Numbered from the stretch's first letter, positions 15,952 through 25,637 are shown. The stretch is DNA of 37,909 nucleotides from Deltaproteobacteria bacterium UBA6930 (GCA_002450755.1 DKAI01000192.1:1-37909), one strand, 5' to 3'. Made by a program: numbers and translations. Notes: generated by a model not told the origin, from the sequence alone.

Positions 15952-18900
15952 ATGAAGAATCAGAATATCACGAAAGTACTAGTAGCAAACCGTGGAGAAA
16001 TAGCCGTCAGAATACTCCACGCGACGAAGGAACTTGGGATTGAATCATTCTCTATTTTTTCAGAGGATGACCGAGATGCACTCCATGTAGCCGCCTCTGA
16101 TCACTCTTTGGCTCTCGATGGAGAAGGTCCAAGCGCTTACCTGGATTCGGACCAAATAATCTCTTTGGCTCTTGAATCCGAATGCACCGCGATCCATCCC
16201 GGATATGGTTTTCTTTCAGAAGACGCAGCATTTTCCTCGCAGTGCATCTCTGCAGGTTTAACTTGGATTGGGCCCGGGCCCGATGTACTGAAGTTGTTTG
16301 GCGAAAAGAATCGCGCTCGTGCCTTTTCGGAAGAATTAGGAATTCCCACCCCAAAAGGTACAAATCAGGCAATCGATCTCAAAGGTGCTCTAGATTTTAT
16401 GGAAAGCCTACAAGGCACACCCATGGTCCTAAAGGCTGTCTCGGGGGGCGGCGGTAGAGGCATTAGGGTTGTTAGAGAAGTAAGCCGACTCGAAGAGGCG
16501 TTCAAACGTTCGGCATCTGAAGCTTTAGGTGCATTTGGTAATGCGGACCTTTACGCGGAAGTGTGGCTTGATCAAGTGAGGCACATAGAGGTCCAAGTAG
16601 CGGGAGACGGAACAGGCGACATCGCAGTTTTGGGCGAAAGAGAGTGCACACTTCAACGACGACGCCAAAAATTAATTGAAATTGCTCCTTCACCGAGTAT
16701 CGACGATGAATTCCGTGATGTCCTTTTCAATGCTGCACGAACAATCTGCTCGGCGGCAAATTTTCAAAATCTCGGAACAGTCGAGTTCCTGATCAAAAAT
16801 TCAGATTCTTCCCCCTCAAATTCGGATCCCTACGTATTCATCGAAGTAAATCCTCGAATACAAGTCGAACATACAGTCACGGAGGAAATTTTTGGAATTG
16901 ATCTCGTAAAAACTCAACTGGCAATCGCTGGAGGCTCTTCACTTCTAGAATTGGGACTGGCTCCGGGAGAAGAGCCAAGTCCGAGAGGAAGATCAATTCA
17001 AATTCGAGTAAATTGCGAACGTCTAAACCAGAGCGGTGAAATTTTTCCAGCTAGCGGCTCGCTCGACAAATTTGAAACGCCCAAAGGCCGAGGAATCCGG
17101 GTAGAGACAGCTGCCTATACGAACTACGAACCCAATCCACGCTTTGACTCTCTACTGGCAAAATTAATAGCAAGTACACCCTCAGGCTCTTACAAGGACC
17201 TCCTGGCTCTTGGTCGCCGAGCAATTCGTGATTTGCGTGTCGAAGGTATCGAAACAAATGCATCTTTCCTTCTAAATATTCTCGCTGCAGAAGATGTAAT
17301 TAACAATCAAATTCATACAGGATTTATAGAAGAAAAATTTAGTGACCTGGTAGAACACAAAACAGATAAAGAAAGTTCGGTCCCGCCGGTTAGAAATATT
17401 CAGTCAACCTCTCTTGCTGGTGCACAACTCGACACTGACGATCCTCTTGCGGTTCTAGATTATGGAAAACAAACTTCGGATCTTAAAGCTGGTAACGACA
17501 TATATGACACGGAAAGTGAAGGACACGAGACGATCTTTGCCCCTATGCAAGGAACCATAATCGATATTGCTGTAGATATCGGAGATATAGTGCGACAAGG
17601 CGATAGCTTATTAATCATGGAAGCGATGAAAATGGAGCACGTCATTGTCGCTTCGGAAAGCGGCCTGATTCAAGAACTAACCACCTCAAAAGGCGATACG
17701 GTTCGAGAAGGATCTCCTCTAGCTCGCATTGAAAAAAGAGATGTCCCAAAAGAGAACGAAACATCACAAGACGAAATCGACCTTGATCATATTCGGCCAG
17801 ATTTAGCGGAATCGATAGAACGACACCACGTAGGACTAGACGAGAATAGACCTGCAGCTGTGGCACGTCGTAGACAAAAGGGTCAAAGGACGGCTCGCGA
17901 GAACATAGACGATCTTTGCGACAGCGGTAGTTTTGTCGAATATGGCGCACTACTAATCGCAGGCCAGAGAAAACGACGAACACTAGAAGATCTCATAGAA
18001 AACACACCTGCCGATGGTCTTATTAGTGGTATCGGTAGTGTGAACGGAGATTTGTTTGGTTCTGAAAACACCCGATGCACCGTCATGTCATACGACTACA
18101 CAGTTCTAGCAGGCACACAAGGAATGCAGAATCATAGAAAGCATGACCGAATGTTCGATCTTGCTATTCGCTGGAAAACTCCTCTAATTTTCTTTACCGA
18201 AGGTGGTGGTGGAAGACCTGGCGACACTGATGGTCTAAGCCCAGTGGGATTGGACCTTATAACATTTAACCACTTTGGAAAATTAAGTGGTCTTGTACCG
18301 TTGATCGGAATCAACTCTGGCAATTGTTTCGCCGGAAACGCAGCGTTGTTGGGATGTTGCGATGTTGTAATCGCAACTAAAAACTCTTCCATCGGAATGG
18401 GAGGGCCTGCAATGATTGAAGGAGGTGGCCTTGGGGTTTTTCGGCCCGAGGAGGTTGGACCGCTTAAAGTCCAGGTCCCTAATGGTGTTGTCGATATTCC
18501 CGTTAAGGATGAAACTGAAGCCGTCTCTATAGCGAAAAAATATCTTTCATTTTTCCAAGGCAACTTGTCTGCATGGGAATGTGACGACCAGCGTTTACTT
18601 CGCAACGCTATACCCGAGAATCGTCTTAGGGCATATGACGTGCGGAACGTAATAGACACACTTTGCGATAGAGATTCCGTTCTTGAACTCAGGAGAGGGT
18701 TCGGTTTGGGAATAATCACAGCCCTCGCAAGGATCGAAGGCAGACCTTTAGGGATAATTGCCAACAATCCTGGTCACCTGGCTGGAGCAATCGACAGCGA
18801 TGGATCTGACAAAGCTGCGCGTTTCATGCAATTGTGCGATGCGTTCGATCTGCCCATCCTTAATCTTTGTGACACCCCTGGCATGATGGTTGGTCCCGAG

Positions 18901-19347
18901 GTTGAGAAGACAGCCCTCGTAAGACATTGCTGCCGTTTGTTTGTCACTGGAGCAAGCCTTACAGTTCCTTTCTTTACAGTGATTTTACGAAAGGCTTATG
19001 GGCTTGGTGCACAGGCCATGGCAGGCGCAAGCTTCAAGGCGCCCGGCTTTACTATTTCATGGCCAACGGGAGAATTCGGAGGAATGGGCCTCGAGGGCGC
19101 CGTAAAGCTCGGATATCGAAAAGACTTAGAGGCCATCCAGGATCCAAAAGAAAGAAAGGCTCTTTTTGACGAGATGGTCGCCCGTATGTACAAGCAGGGC
19201 AAAGCTGTCAGCATGGCGACATCATTTGAAATCGATGATGTCATTGACCCGATTGATACTCGGCATTGGATTACGAATAGTTTAGATGCGGTACCAAAAA
19301 GTACATTGGAACCAGGCAAAAGACGACCATATATAGACACCTGGTAA
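15952..19347 (+). CDS. Single-chain multidomain acyl-CoA carboxylase (biotin carboxylase-BCCP-carboxyltransferase; LCC type)
   Basis: BC: 'VLVANRGEIA', 'IHPGYGFLSE', 'GGGGRG', 'EVNPRIQVEH'; biotin site 'EAMKM'; CT: 'YDYTVLAGTQG', 'EGGGGRPGD', 'DTPGMMVG', 'RKAYGLGA'. Confidence 0.92.
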   Translation: MKNQNITKVLVANRGEIAVRILHATKELGIESFSIFSEDDRDALHVAASDHSLALDGEGPSAYLDSDQIISLALESECTAIHPGYGFLSEDAAFSSQCISAGLTWIGPGPDVLKLFGEKNRARAFSEELGIPTPKGTNQAIDLKGALDFMESLQGTPMVLKAVSGGGGRGIRVVREVSRLEEAFKRSASEALGAFGNADLYAEVWLDQVRHIEVQVAGDGTGDIAVLGERECTLQRRRQKLIEIAPSPSIDDEFRDVLFNAARTICSAANFQNLGTVEFLIKNSDSSPSNSDPYVFIEVNPRIQVEHTVTEEIFGIDLVKTQLAIAGGSSLLELGLAPGEEPSPRGRSIQIRVNCERLNQSGEIFPASGSLDKFETPKGRGIRVETAAYTNYEPNPRFDSLLAKLIASTPSGSYKDLLALGRRAIRDLRVEGIETNASFLLNILAAEDVINNQIHTGFIEEKFSDLVEHKTDKESSVPPVRNIQSTSLAGAQLDTDDPLAVLDYGKQTSDLKAGNDIYDTESEGHETIFAPMQGTIIDIAVDIGDIVRQGDSLLIMEAMKMEHVIVASESGLIQELTTSKGDTVREGSPLARIEKRDVPKENETSQDEIDLDHIRPDLAESIERHHVGLDENRPAAVARRRQKGQRTARENIDDLCDSGSFVEYGALLIAGQRKRRTLEDLIENTPADGLISGIGSVNGDLFGSENTRCTVMSYDYTVLAGTQGMQNHRKHDRMFDLAIRWKTPLIFFTEGGGGRPGDTDGLSPVGLDLITFNHFGKLSGLVPLIGINSGNCFAGNAALLGCCDVVIATKNSSIGMGGPAMIEGGGLGVFRPEEVGPLKVQVPNGVVDIPVKDETEAVSIAKKYLSFFQGNLSAWECDDQRLLRNAIPENRLRAYDVRNVIDTLCDRDSVLELRRGFGLGIITALARIEGRPLGIIANNPGHLAGAIDSDGSDKAARFMQLCDAFDLPILNLCDTPGMMVGPEVEKTALVRHCCRLFVTGASLTVPFFTVILRKAYGLGAQAMAGASFKAPGFTISWPTGEFGGMGLEGAVKLGYRKDLEAIQDPKERKALFDEMVARMYKQGKAVSMATSFEIDDVIDPIDTRHWITNSLDAVPKSTLEPGKRRPYIDTW

Positions 19348-19357
19348 TAACCCAACT

Positions 19358-19387
19358 TGCTATAATTAAACGAAAGATCTGAAGGAG
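19358..19387 (+). promoter_or_regulatory. Extended -10 promoter (TGnTATAAT, 19358-19366) and SD (AAGGAG) for the Rid gene
   Basis: TGCTATAAT in the 45-bp gap after the carboxylase stop. Confidence 0.55.
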
Positions 19388-19392
19388 ACCTT

Positions 19393-19776
19393 ATGATCGA
19401 GCAAATAATACCCAAAGAGATGCAAGCATTCTATGACACCTTTCACTTCGCCCCGGCGGTAAAGGACGGCGATCACCTTCGTTGCTCCGGAATGCTCGGG
19501 TTCGATGCAAAAGGAAAATGTCCATCTGAACCAGAAAGTCAGTTCACTCTCGCGTTCAATAATTTAAAGGTTCTTCTTAATGAAGCAGGCGTTTCATTTG
19601 AAAACATAGTTGAAATGACAACTTTCCACGTTTCTCTGAACGAACACATGACCACTTTTACTAAGGTCAAAGATCAATTCATAAAAGATCCTTTTCCTGC
19701 ATGGACCGCTATCGGAATAAGCGAACTCGCAATACCTGGGGCCCTAGTCGAGATCAGAGTAACAGCACGGCTCTAA
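19393..19776 (+). CDS. RidA/YjgF/UK114 (Rid) family protein
   Basis: 'FAPAVKDGD.L..SG', 'PFPAWTAIGISELAIPGALVEIRVTA'; the RidA catalytic Arg position reads Trp (PAW), so probably a Rid4-7-type member. Confidence 0.88.
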   Translation: MIEQIIPKEMQAFYDTFHFAPAVKDGDHLRCSGMLGFDAKGKCPSEPESQFTLAFNNLKVLLNEAGVSFENIVEMTTFHVSLNEHMTTFTKVKDQFIKDPFPAWTAIGISELAIPGALVEIRVTARL

Positions 19777-19812
19777 CTTTCCTACCGGTCCTGAAAAGGA
19801 ACATTGTTCTCC

Positions 19813-20625
19813 ATGAATCAGAAATACCGCTGTGCACTCGTCATAGTAAACACGCTAGCTATCGTCTTGTTCGCAAATACGCCAGCTGCTCAAAGTACAG
19901 ATGATCTAGAAAAAGGTCTCGCTATTGCCATTGAAGCCGAAAAGAGAGACCTAGGTTGGCTAGACAGCGAAGTTACTCTTTATATGGTCCTTCGAAACAA
20001 GCAGGGAAAAGAAAGTACACGCTCGATCCGTCAAAGTAGTCTGGAAATTCCCGAAGCAGGATATGGCGATCGAAGCCTCGTCGTTTTCGACTCACCCAAA
20101 GACGTAGAGGGAACGGCACTCCTCTCTCACACTAAAACTCTAAAGCCAGATGATCAATGGCTTTTCCTCCCAGCCCTGAAGCGAGTCAAACGAATTTCCT
20201 CAAAGAATAAATCAGGTCCGTTTGTAGGAAGCGAATTTGCGTACGAAGATCTTCTATCTCAGGAAATCGAAAAATATAGTTACAAGTGGCTACGGGACGA
20301 AGAATTAAACGGTCAAAGATTTTTTGTAGTGGAATCTACTCCGCAGTATAAAAACTCGGGGTACTCAAAACTTGTTATGTGGCTCGATCAAATTGAATAT
20401 AGAGTCCATAAGACTGATTACTACGATCGAAAAAATTCGTTACTCAAAACACTTACACATCTCGGTTACAACAAATATTTAGACCAGTACTGGCGTGCAG
20501 ACCAGCTTAGAATGGTCAATCATCAAACGGGCAAGAGTACAGATCTATTTTTTAATGATTGGGCTTTCCAAACTGGACAGCAAAACGCAAAATTTACTCC
20601 CGCGAGGTTAAAACGGGCCCGTTGA
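19813..20625 (+). CDS. LolA-like outer-membrane lipoprotein-sorting family periplasmic protein
   Basis: Signal peptide; 'FDSPKDVEGTALL', 'DDQWLFLPALKRVKRISS.NKSGPFVGSEFAYEDL', 'YYDRKNSLLKTL'; alternative TTG start at 19804. Confidence 0.85.
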   Translation: MNQKYRCALVIVNTLAIVLFANTPAAQSTDDLEKGLAIAIEAEKRDLGWLDSEVTLYMVLRNKQGKESTRSIRQSSLEIPEAGYGDRSLVVFDSPKDVEGTALLSHTKTLKPDDQWLFLPALKRVKRISSKNKSGPFVGSEFAYEDLLSQEIEKYSYKWLRDEELNGQRFFVVESTPQYKNSGYSKLVMWLDQIEYRVHKTDYYDRKNSLLKTLTHLGYNKYLDQYWRADQLRMVNHQTGKSTDLFFNDWAFQTGQQNAKFTPARLKRAR

Positions 20626-21884
20626 GACTTGCCTCCGGCTATACACAACCTGTCCGCATTTTTTATCAGATTCTTTTTTCATTCATTTTCTTTTTTTTAC
20701 TACTTACTAGGGGATCTGCGGCAGGCAATTTCCCAGGCGATTGGGGAATTACAGGAGAAATCGGCGTACAGGTACGATCGTTCCCGCGCGATCCCAACTT
20801 TGAGGTCCAAGAGCATGCGACAATCTCTCCTTCCATAACAATGGAAGTCGAGCTTCTAAAGGAATGGAATAACGGGCGCGACCGATTCACGTTCATTCCA
20901 TTCGGACGCTGGGATGCCCACGACGACCAGAGGTCACGACTAGAAATAAAAGAATTGCACTGGACCCACCAGGAAGAAGATTGGTCACTTCTACTTGGAA
21001 TAAGTAAAGTATTTTGGGGGGTTACAGAATCTCGTCACCTCGTAGACATTATAAATCAGACCGACTCATCGGCAGATATAGACGGCGAAGACAAACTCGG
21101 ACAACCGATGATAAATCTCACTCTGGAGCGTGAGTGGGGTTCAATCGATCTATTCCTTCTTCCCTATTTTCGGGAACGAATATTTCCCAAACAAGATGCG
21201 AGGCTGAAAGGTTTATTTTCAGTGCGAGGAGATGCTGCCTATAGCTCTTCACTTAAAGAATGGCATCCAGACTGGGCCATGCGCTACTCGCACACATTTG
21301 GAGAATTCGATCTAGGCGTATCTTTCTTTCGCGGAACGAGCAGAGAGCCAAGACCAAAGGAGCGCGAGGCAAACTCAAAAGGGAAAACCGTTAGAGCATA
21401 TTACGAAACTATCAGTCAATTTGGAATTGATCTTCAATGGACTCGCGACTCCTGGCTATGGAAGCTCGAGCATTCCGTAACTTACGGTTACCGTAAAACC
21501 TTCTGGGGTTTAGTTGCAGGATTCGAACACACGTTTTTCCAAATATTCGATACAAATGCCGATCTAGGACTTCTGGCTGAATATCTTTACGACGCTCGGA
21601 CTCACAATGTGTTCGAAGCGCCTCCATCAGCGGACGAACATGACATCTTTGGTGGCGTTCGAATTTCTCTAAACAATCCGGCAGATTCTAATCTCTTAGC
21701 AGGGATAATCATGGATGCACGAGACGGCGAAGTTTCGGCTCTCGTAGAGGCATCTCATCGGTTAAATCAAAATTGGGTTTTTGAGGTTGAAACTCGATGG
21801 CTTTTTGCCACCGATACCCTAAGTGCATTTCACGATCTACGTAGAGATAGCTTTATTAGTGCACGTCTAGTTTGGTATTTTTAA
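20622..21884 (+). CDS. Hypothetical outer-membrane beta-barrel protein (partner of the LolA-like protein)
   Basis: Hydrophobic signal region, alternating amphipathic strands, 'FWGVTESRHLVDIINQTD', C-terminal 'ISARLVWYF' Bam-type signal; TTG 20622 overlaps the upstream TGA. Confidence 0.72.
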   Translation: MRLASGYTQPVRIFYQILFSFIFFFLLLTRGSAAGNFPGDWGITGEIGVQVRSFPRDPNFEVQEHATISPSITMEVELLKEWNNGRDRFTFIPFGRWDAHDDQRSRLEIKELHWTHQEEDWSLLLGISKVFWGVTESRHLVDIINQTDSSADIDGEDKLGQPMINLTLEREWGSIDLFLLPYFRERIFPKQDARLKGLFSVRGDAAYSSSLKEWHPDWAMRYSHTFGEFDLGVSFFRGTSREPRPKEREANSKGKTVRAYYETISQFGIDLQWTRDSWLWKLEHSVTYGYRKTFWGLVAGFEHTFFQIFDTNADLGLLAEYLYDARTHNVFEAPPSADEHDIFGGVRISLNNPADSNLLAGIIMDARDGEVSALVEASHRLNQNWVFEVETRWLFATDTLSAFHDLRRDSFISARLVWYF

Positions 21885-21922
21885 AACGCGATCTAACCCG
21901 AAGGAGGCGAAAGGATTCATAT

Positions 21923-22705
21923 ATGAGTAACTCTTTAAAAAATAAGATTGCATTGGTAACCGGCGGGGGAAGGGGGATCGGCCGCTCAATCTCAGAACGA
22001 CTCGCCGAAGAAGGAGCCATCGTTGCTATTAACTATCGGAATGATGTGGAATCAGCGAATGAGACTCTTCGAAATATCGATACAAATGGTGGCGTTGGAA
22101 AGATCTTTAAAGCTTCAATCGACGACGAAAATGAAGCTAAAGCAATGGTCGATCAAATCAAAAAAGAATTTGGGGTTGTCGATATTCTTATAAACAATGC
22201 CGGAATTGCAAGCAAAGGAAAGTCTGTTGAGAGAACTGATCCCGAGGAACTGCTTCAAGTAATGAGGATCCACGCACTAGCCCCTCACAGGATGTGTCAA
22301 TTAGTACTTCCGGATATGAAGAAAAAAAAGAAAGGAAACATTGTAATGATTTCTAGCGTTGCCACACTTGGACAGGCAGCCGGTGGAGCACCTTACAATA
22401 TGGGAAAATCAGCAATGGAGTCTCTAGCATTAACGCTTGCAAAAGAAGTAAGAAAACACGGCATTCGGGTTAACATTGTAGCGCCTGGAATCGTAGAAAC
22501 GGAAATGGGAGACCGATTAATACAAGCTGTAGTTGGAGTAGAATCTATTCAAGAAATCGCTCTCAAGATGCCTTTCGAGAGACTGTGTCAGCCCCAGGAT
22601 GTCGCGAATGCCGTACATTTTCTCGTCTCTGAAGAAGCATCATACATCACGGGAGAAAAAATAAACGTTTGGGGTGGTGGTGAAACAATCAGTGGCATGG
22701 CTTAA
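21923..22705 (+). CDS. Short-chain dehydrogenase/reductase (FabG-like SDR)
   Basis: 'TGGGRGIG', 'NNAG', 'YNMGK', 'VNIVAPG'; start moved to ATG 21923. Confidence 0.9.
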   Translation: MSNSLKNKIALVTGGGRGIGRSISERLAEEGAIVAINYRNDVESANETLRNIDTNGGVGKIFKASIDDENEAKAMVDQIKKEFGVVDILINNAGIASKGKSVERTDPEELLQVMRIHALAPHRMCQLVLPDMKKKKKGNIVMISSVATLGQAAGGAPYNMGKSAMESLALTLAKEVRKHGIRVNIVAPGIVETEMGDRLIQAVVGVESIQEIALKMPFERLCQPQDVANAVHFLVSEEASYITGEKINVWGGGETISGMA

Positions 22706-22767
22706 AAGCCAAAAGAGGTCTGACTACAAATAAGTATCGCTAGAGCTAATCCTCGCCTGATAATATT

Positions 22768-23844
22768 TTAAAGTTTTCTTAAGACTTCCTTGCACTCATT
22801 CAGTGTGATTCTTTGGTGATCCATACTGGGCAATAAAGTGATTTCATCAACCCCAGCGGATTCGGCAGCACGCATTTCTTCGATGACTTCATCGACAGTC
22901 CCGGCAATTACGGTACCTCGAATCATTTCGGGTGTGACAAATTTTCGCTCTTCTGGCCGGAGGAACGTGGCGTGACCGTTATACATCTCGCGATAGCGTT
23001 TCTCCTCCGGTGTTTTCATCTTATTTACGAAATCATAAAATTCATCCCATACACCCCGCATATACTCCGGGATTATTTCTTCGTTGCCACTTCTTTCATA
23101 GATCTCGTATATGGCGTGAAGCAGGAGAGTAGTCATGGCCCCCACTTGATCTATCACCCGATCGTCTGTGAGTGTCTCGTTCGGCTGCAATACGATTGCA
23201 TTACTAATCGTCATCTTGCGATAGCTTCCCGGCAACACTCTTCCGATAGAATCAGCACCTTCTTGTATCATCCCTAAGCTGAAGGCCACCAACTGCGGAT
23301 CGACCATTCCTGCAGAAATAAGCCCATCTCCATATTTACCTGCGAGTTGCAGCGCCTTGGGGCCGTTGGCTGCTACGTAGATCGGTATGTGATCTTCGAG
23401 GTTGTAGAAGCCTAGGTCTTGATGAAGAAACTGGATACTACGTGTTGTGCCATTGAAAGTTAAGTCGACCTCATCTCCTTTCAACAAAGCTCTTGTAACT
23501 CTCAGATACTCCTCGAAAATTTTTAATTTCATGGGCTTCATTCCCATTACTTGCATGGCGGTGTGTCCAGTGCCTAAACCGAGAAAAACGCGCCCTGGTG
23601 CGAGCTGATTGATTCCAGCAATCGATTGCGCGGTCACGGGGGCTATCCGCGTTCCAGGTATGGAGACGCCAGTCCCTAATCTAATTTTAGTAGTTGCCTG
23701 TGCTGCTAAGGCCATTGTCGAGTAGCAGTCGGACCATATCATCTGTGAGTCTGGAAACCAGGCAGAGTCGAATCCAATTTTTTCTACTTCCTGAACTAGT
23801 TTCCAGTCATCGATTTTAGTCAAAACCGTAAAGCCTAGTTTCAT
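22768..23844 (-). CDS. LLM-class flavin/F420-dependent oxidoreductase (Mer-like)
   Basis: 'GFDSAWFPDSQMIWSDCY', 'TKIRLGTGV', 'INQLAPGRVFLGLGTG', 'IPIYVAANGPKALQLAG..GDG'. Confidence 0.88.
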   Translation of the reverse strand: MKLGFTVLTKIDDWKLVQEVEKIGFDSAWFPDSQMIWSDCYSTMALAAQATTKIRLGTGVSIPGTRIAPVTAQSIAGINQLAPGRVFLGLGTGHTAMQVMGMKPMKLKIFEEYLRVTRALLKGDEVDLTFNGTTRSIQFLHQDLGFYNLEDHIPIYVAANGPKALQLAGKYGDGLISAGMVDPQLVAFSLGMIQEGADSIGRVLPGSYRKMTISNAIVLQPNETLTDDRVIDQVGAMTTLLLHAIYEIYERSGNEEIIPEYMRGVWDEFYDFVNKMKTPEEKRYREMYNGHATFLRPEERKFVTPEMIRGTVIAGTVDEVIEEMRAAESAGVDEITLLPSMDHQRITLNECKEVLRKL

Positions 23845-23920
23845 TATTTACTCCTTCTTTCCGAACTCCACGACCGAAAAACGGGACGTGGTACCTTGAC
23901 CGTGGATACCGGAGCCTTGC

Positions 23921-24334
23921 CTAAAGGCCTGCTTCTGAGCAAATCTGCTTCGTGTACTTATACACGTCGGACCCCGGCGAGAGATGCACCCACTCCGTCT
24001 CAGGTTCTTGCCTCATTGGAGTTCCTGTTCCCATTGGTCCGTCCCACCCATATATGGCAATAGTTCTACGTCGCATGATTCCGCAATCGTATTCTTTTCG
24101 CACTGTGACCGACTTCAGTCCTTTCGTTGTTTCCTCCACAAAGTTGCGCAAGTCCCAGACGTAGACTGAGTTCCCATCTATTTTAAATTTAGAGTCATCG
24201 TAGAGATCAAATTCTACCCCGCTCTCAGATTTCAACCGGTCAATGTATACCCACTCCGCAAAAGCAATCGAAGGTGTTACGAGCAACGCGAGCAGCAGAG
24301 CTGCAGAGATGATCTTCATAAAAGCATTGTGCAT
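23921..24334 (-). CDS. Secreted protein, surface-adhesin E-like family
   Basis: Signal peptide ending 'AFA/EW'; 'VYVWDL', 'KS....EYDC...R', 'MGTG', 'W....PGS......IC'; alternative start at 24319. Confidence 0.62.
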   Translation of the reverse strand: MHNAFMKIISAALLLALLVTPSIAFAEWVYIDRLKSESGVEFDLYDDSKFKIDGNSVYVWDLRNFVEETTKGLKSVTVRKEYDCGIMRRRTIAIYGWDGPMGTGTPMRQEPETEWVHLSPGSDVYKYTKQICSEAGL

Positions 24335-24349
24335 CGAAACGTAAATTTT

Positions 24350-24652
24350 TTAAATTACTACCACAAAACCCTCAAACTCTGGATGTCCTAAATATATGTC
24401 ACTATGGTTACCCGCCCCCCTGTGCGCCTGACGGAATGCATCGGACTTGGTCCAATTCGAGAAATCGTCCTCTGAACTCCATGTACTATGAGATGCGTAG
24501 AGGGTATGGGTTTCTTCTTTTTTACCCCTGATCAGGTAAAACTCTTTAAAACCCGGCACGCCCTTTAAATGAGAGTCGCGCTCCTTCCAAATCTTTTCAA
24601 AATCATTTTCCCGTCCGGGGACAATTTTAAATCGGTTCATCGCTATATACAT
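24350..24652 (-). CDS. Antibiotic biosynthesis monooxygenase family, IsdG-like heme-degrading monooxygenase
   Basis: 'MYIAMNRF' (Asn), 'SHSTW' (Trp), 'WTKSDAFRQAH' (His) match the IsdG N/W/H triad; start moved to ATG 24652 with GGAG SD. Confidence 0.85.
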   Translation of the reverse strand: MYIAMNRFKIVPGRENDFEKIWKERDSHLKGVPGFKEFYLIRGKKEETHTLYASHSTWSSEDDFSNWTKSDAFRQAHRGAGNHSDIYLGHPEFEGFVVVI

Positions 24653-24761
24653 AGTACGGACTCCAAAGTTACGGAAACAAAACTTGCGAAAACGAATTCG
24701 TAGTAAAAACAGCGGAATAACGTTATCGTAACAAGATCGTACTATCGAGGAAAATATATCC

Positions 24762-25637
24762 TTGCAATATTTCGAATCTGATGCGGCATTAGAAGATGTT
24801 TTTAGCGCTATAAAAAAAGATGGTGGAGCAATCCTAACAAATGCTGCAAACGAGCAGGATCTAATCCGTTTCACCTCAGAGCTTGAGCCTTACCTTACAA
24901 AAACTCCGTACGGTCGTGACGAGTTTACAGGTGAAAAAACCCGCCGTACTGGAGCATTAATCGCGCGCACTCCTAGCTGCCACGACTTTGTGATGGACAA
25001 ACGCATTTTGAATCTGGCGAATCAATTTCTTGGACCGTATACCGAAAAACTAACACTCCACCTCACCCAAGCAACTACCATCTATCCGGGAGAAGGAGCG
25101 CAGCTGATGCACCGTGATCGGTTTGCCTGGGGTACGCATATTCCTCGACAAATTGAACCACAGTTCAATACTCTATGGGCAATAACAGATTTTACTGCAG
25201 AAAACGGTGCCACACGAATCGTGCCTGGCTCTCAAAACTGGGCATGGGATCGGGATGCCACAACAGACCAGATCGTCCAGGCGGAAATGCCGCGTGGTTC
25301 AGTCCTCCTTTACACAGGGACGGTCTTGCATAGCGGGGGAGAAAACAGATCAAAGAAGCCAAGGATGGGACTTAACCTTACATACTGCCTAGCCTGGCTT
25401 CGTCAACAGGAGAACCAGTTCCTGTCTTGCCCACCCCACATTGCAAAGAATCTGGATGAAGAACTGCAAGAACTAGTAGGATACACCCAAGGCACCTACG
25501 GTTTGGGCTACTTCTCTGATCCTGAAGGTGTTGCAGGCGACTTCGACCTCATGGTACCTGAACTTGCCCTCGGTCGCGGTCCCCGAAAACGAGCTCGCTT
25601 TAACACCGACCAGTTATCAAAGGTAGAAAAAAAGTAG
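24762..25637 (+). CDS. Phytanoyl-CoA dioxygenase (PhyH) family 2OG-Fe(II) oxygenase
   Basis: 'PGEGAQLMHRD', 'WAITDFTAENGATRIVPGS', 'LHSGGEN', 'WLRQQENQ'; TTG start, GAGG SD. Confidence 0.9.
   Translation: MQYFESDAALEDVFSAIKKDGGAILTNAANEQDLIRFTSELEPYLTKTPYGRDEFTGEKTRRTGALIARTPSCHDFVMDKRILNLANQFLGPYTEKLTLHLTQATTIYPGEGAQLMHRDRFAWGTHIPRQIEPQFNTLWAITDFTAENGATRIVPGSQNWAWDRDATTDQIVQAEMPRGSVLLYTGTVLHSGGENRSKKPRMGLNLTYCLAWLRQQENQFLSCPPHIAKNLDEELQELVGYTQGTYGLGYFSDPEGVAGDFDLMVPELALGRGPRKRARFNTDQLSKVEKK

Noticed and set aside
18132-18767. 211-aa antisense ORF and the many other 60-140 aa overlapping ORFs in the track
   Set aside because: They lie inside well-supported genes on the opposite strand or in another frame, with no motifs or SDs; typical shadow ORFs
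15952-19347. Carbamoyl-phosphate synthase or pyruvate carboxylase call
   Set aside because: It has a single ATP-grasp BC domain, an internal EAMKM biotin site and an acyl-CoA-type CT domain, with no TIM-barrel pyruvate CT
23868-23891. Imperfect hairpin CCACG-ACCG-AAAAA-CGGGA-CGTGG upstream of the LLM gene
   Set aside because: Short, bulged and without a U-tract; cannot be supported as a terminator or riboswitch
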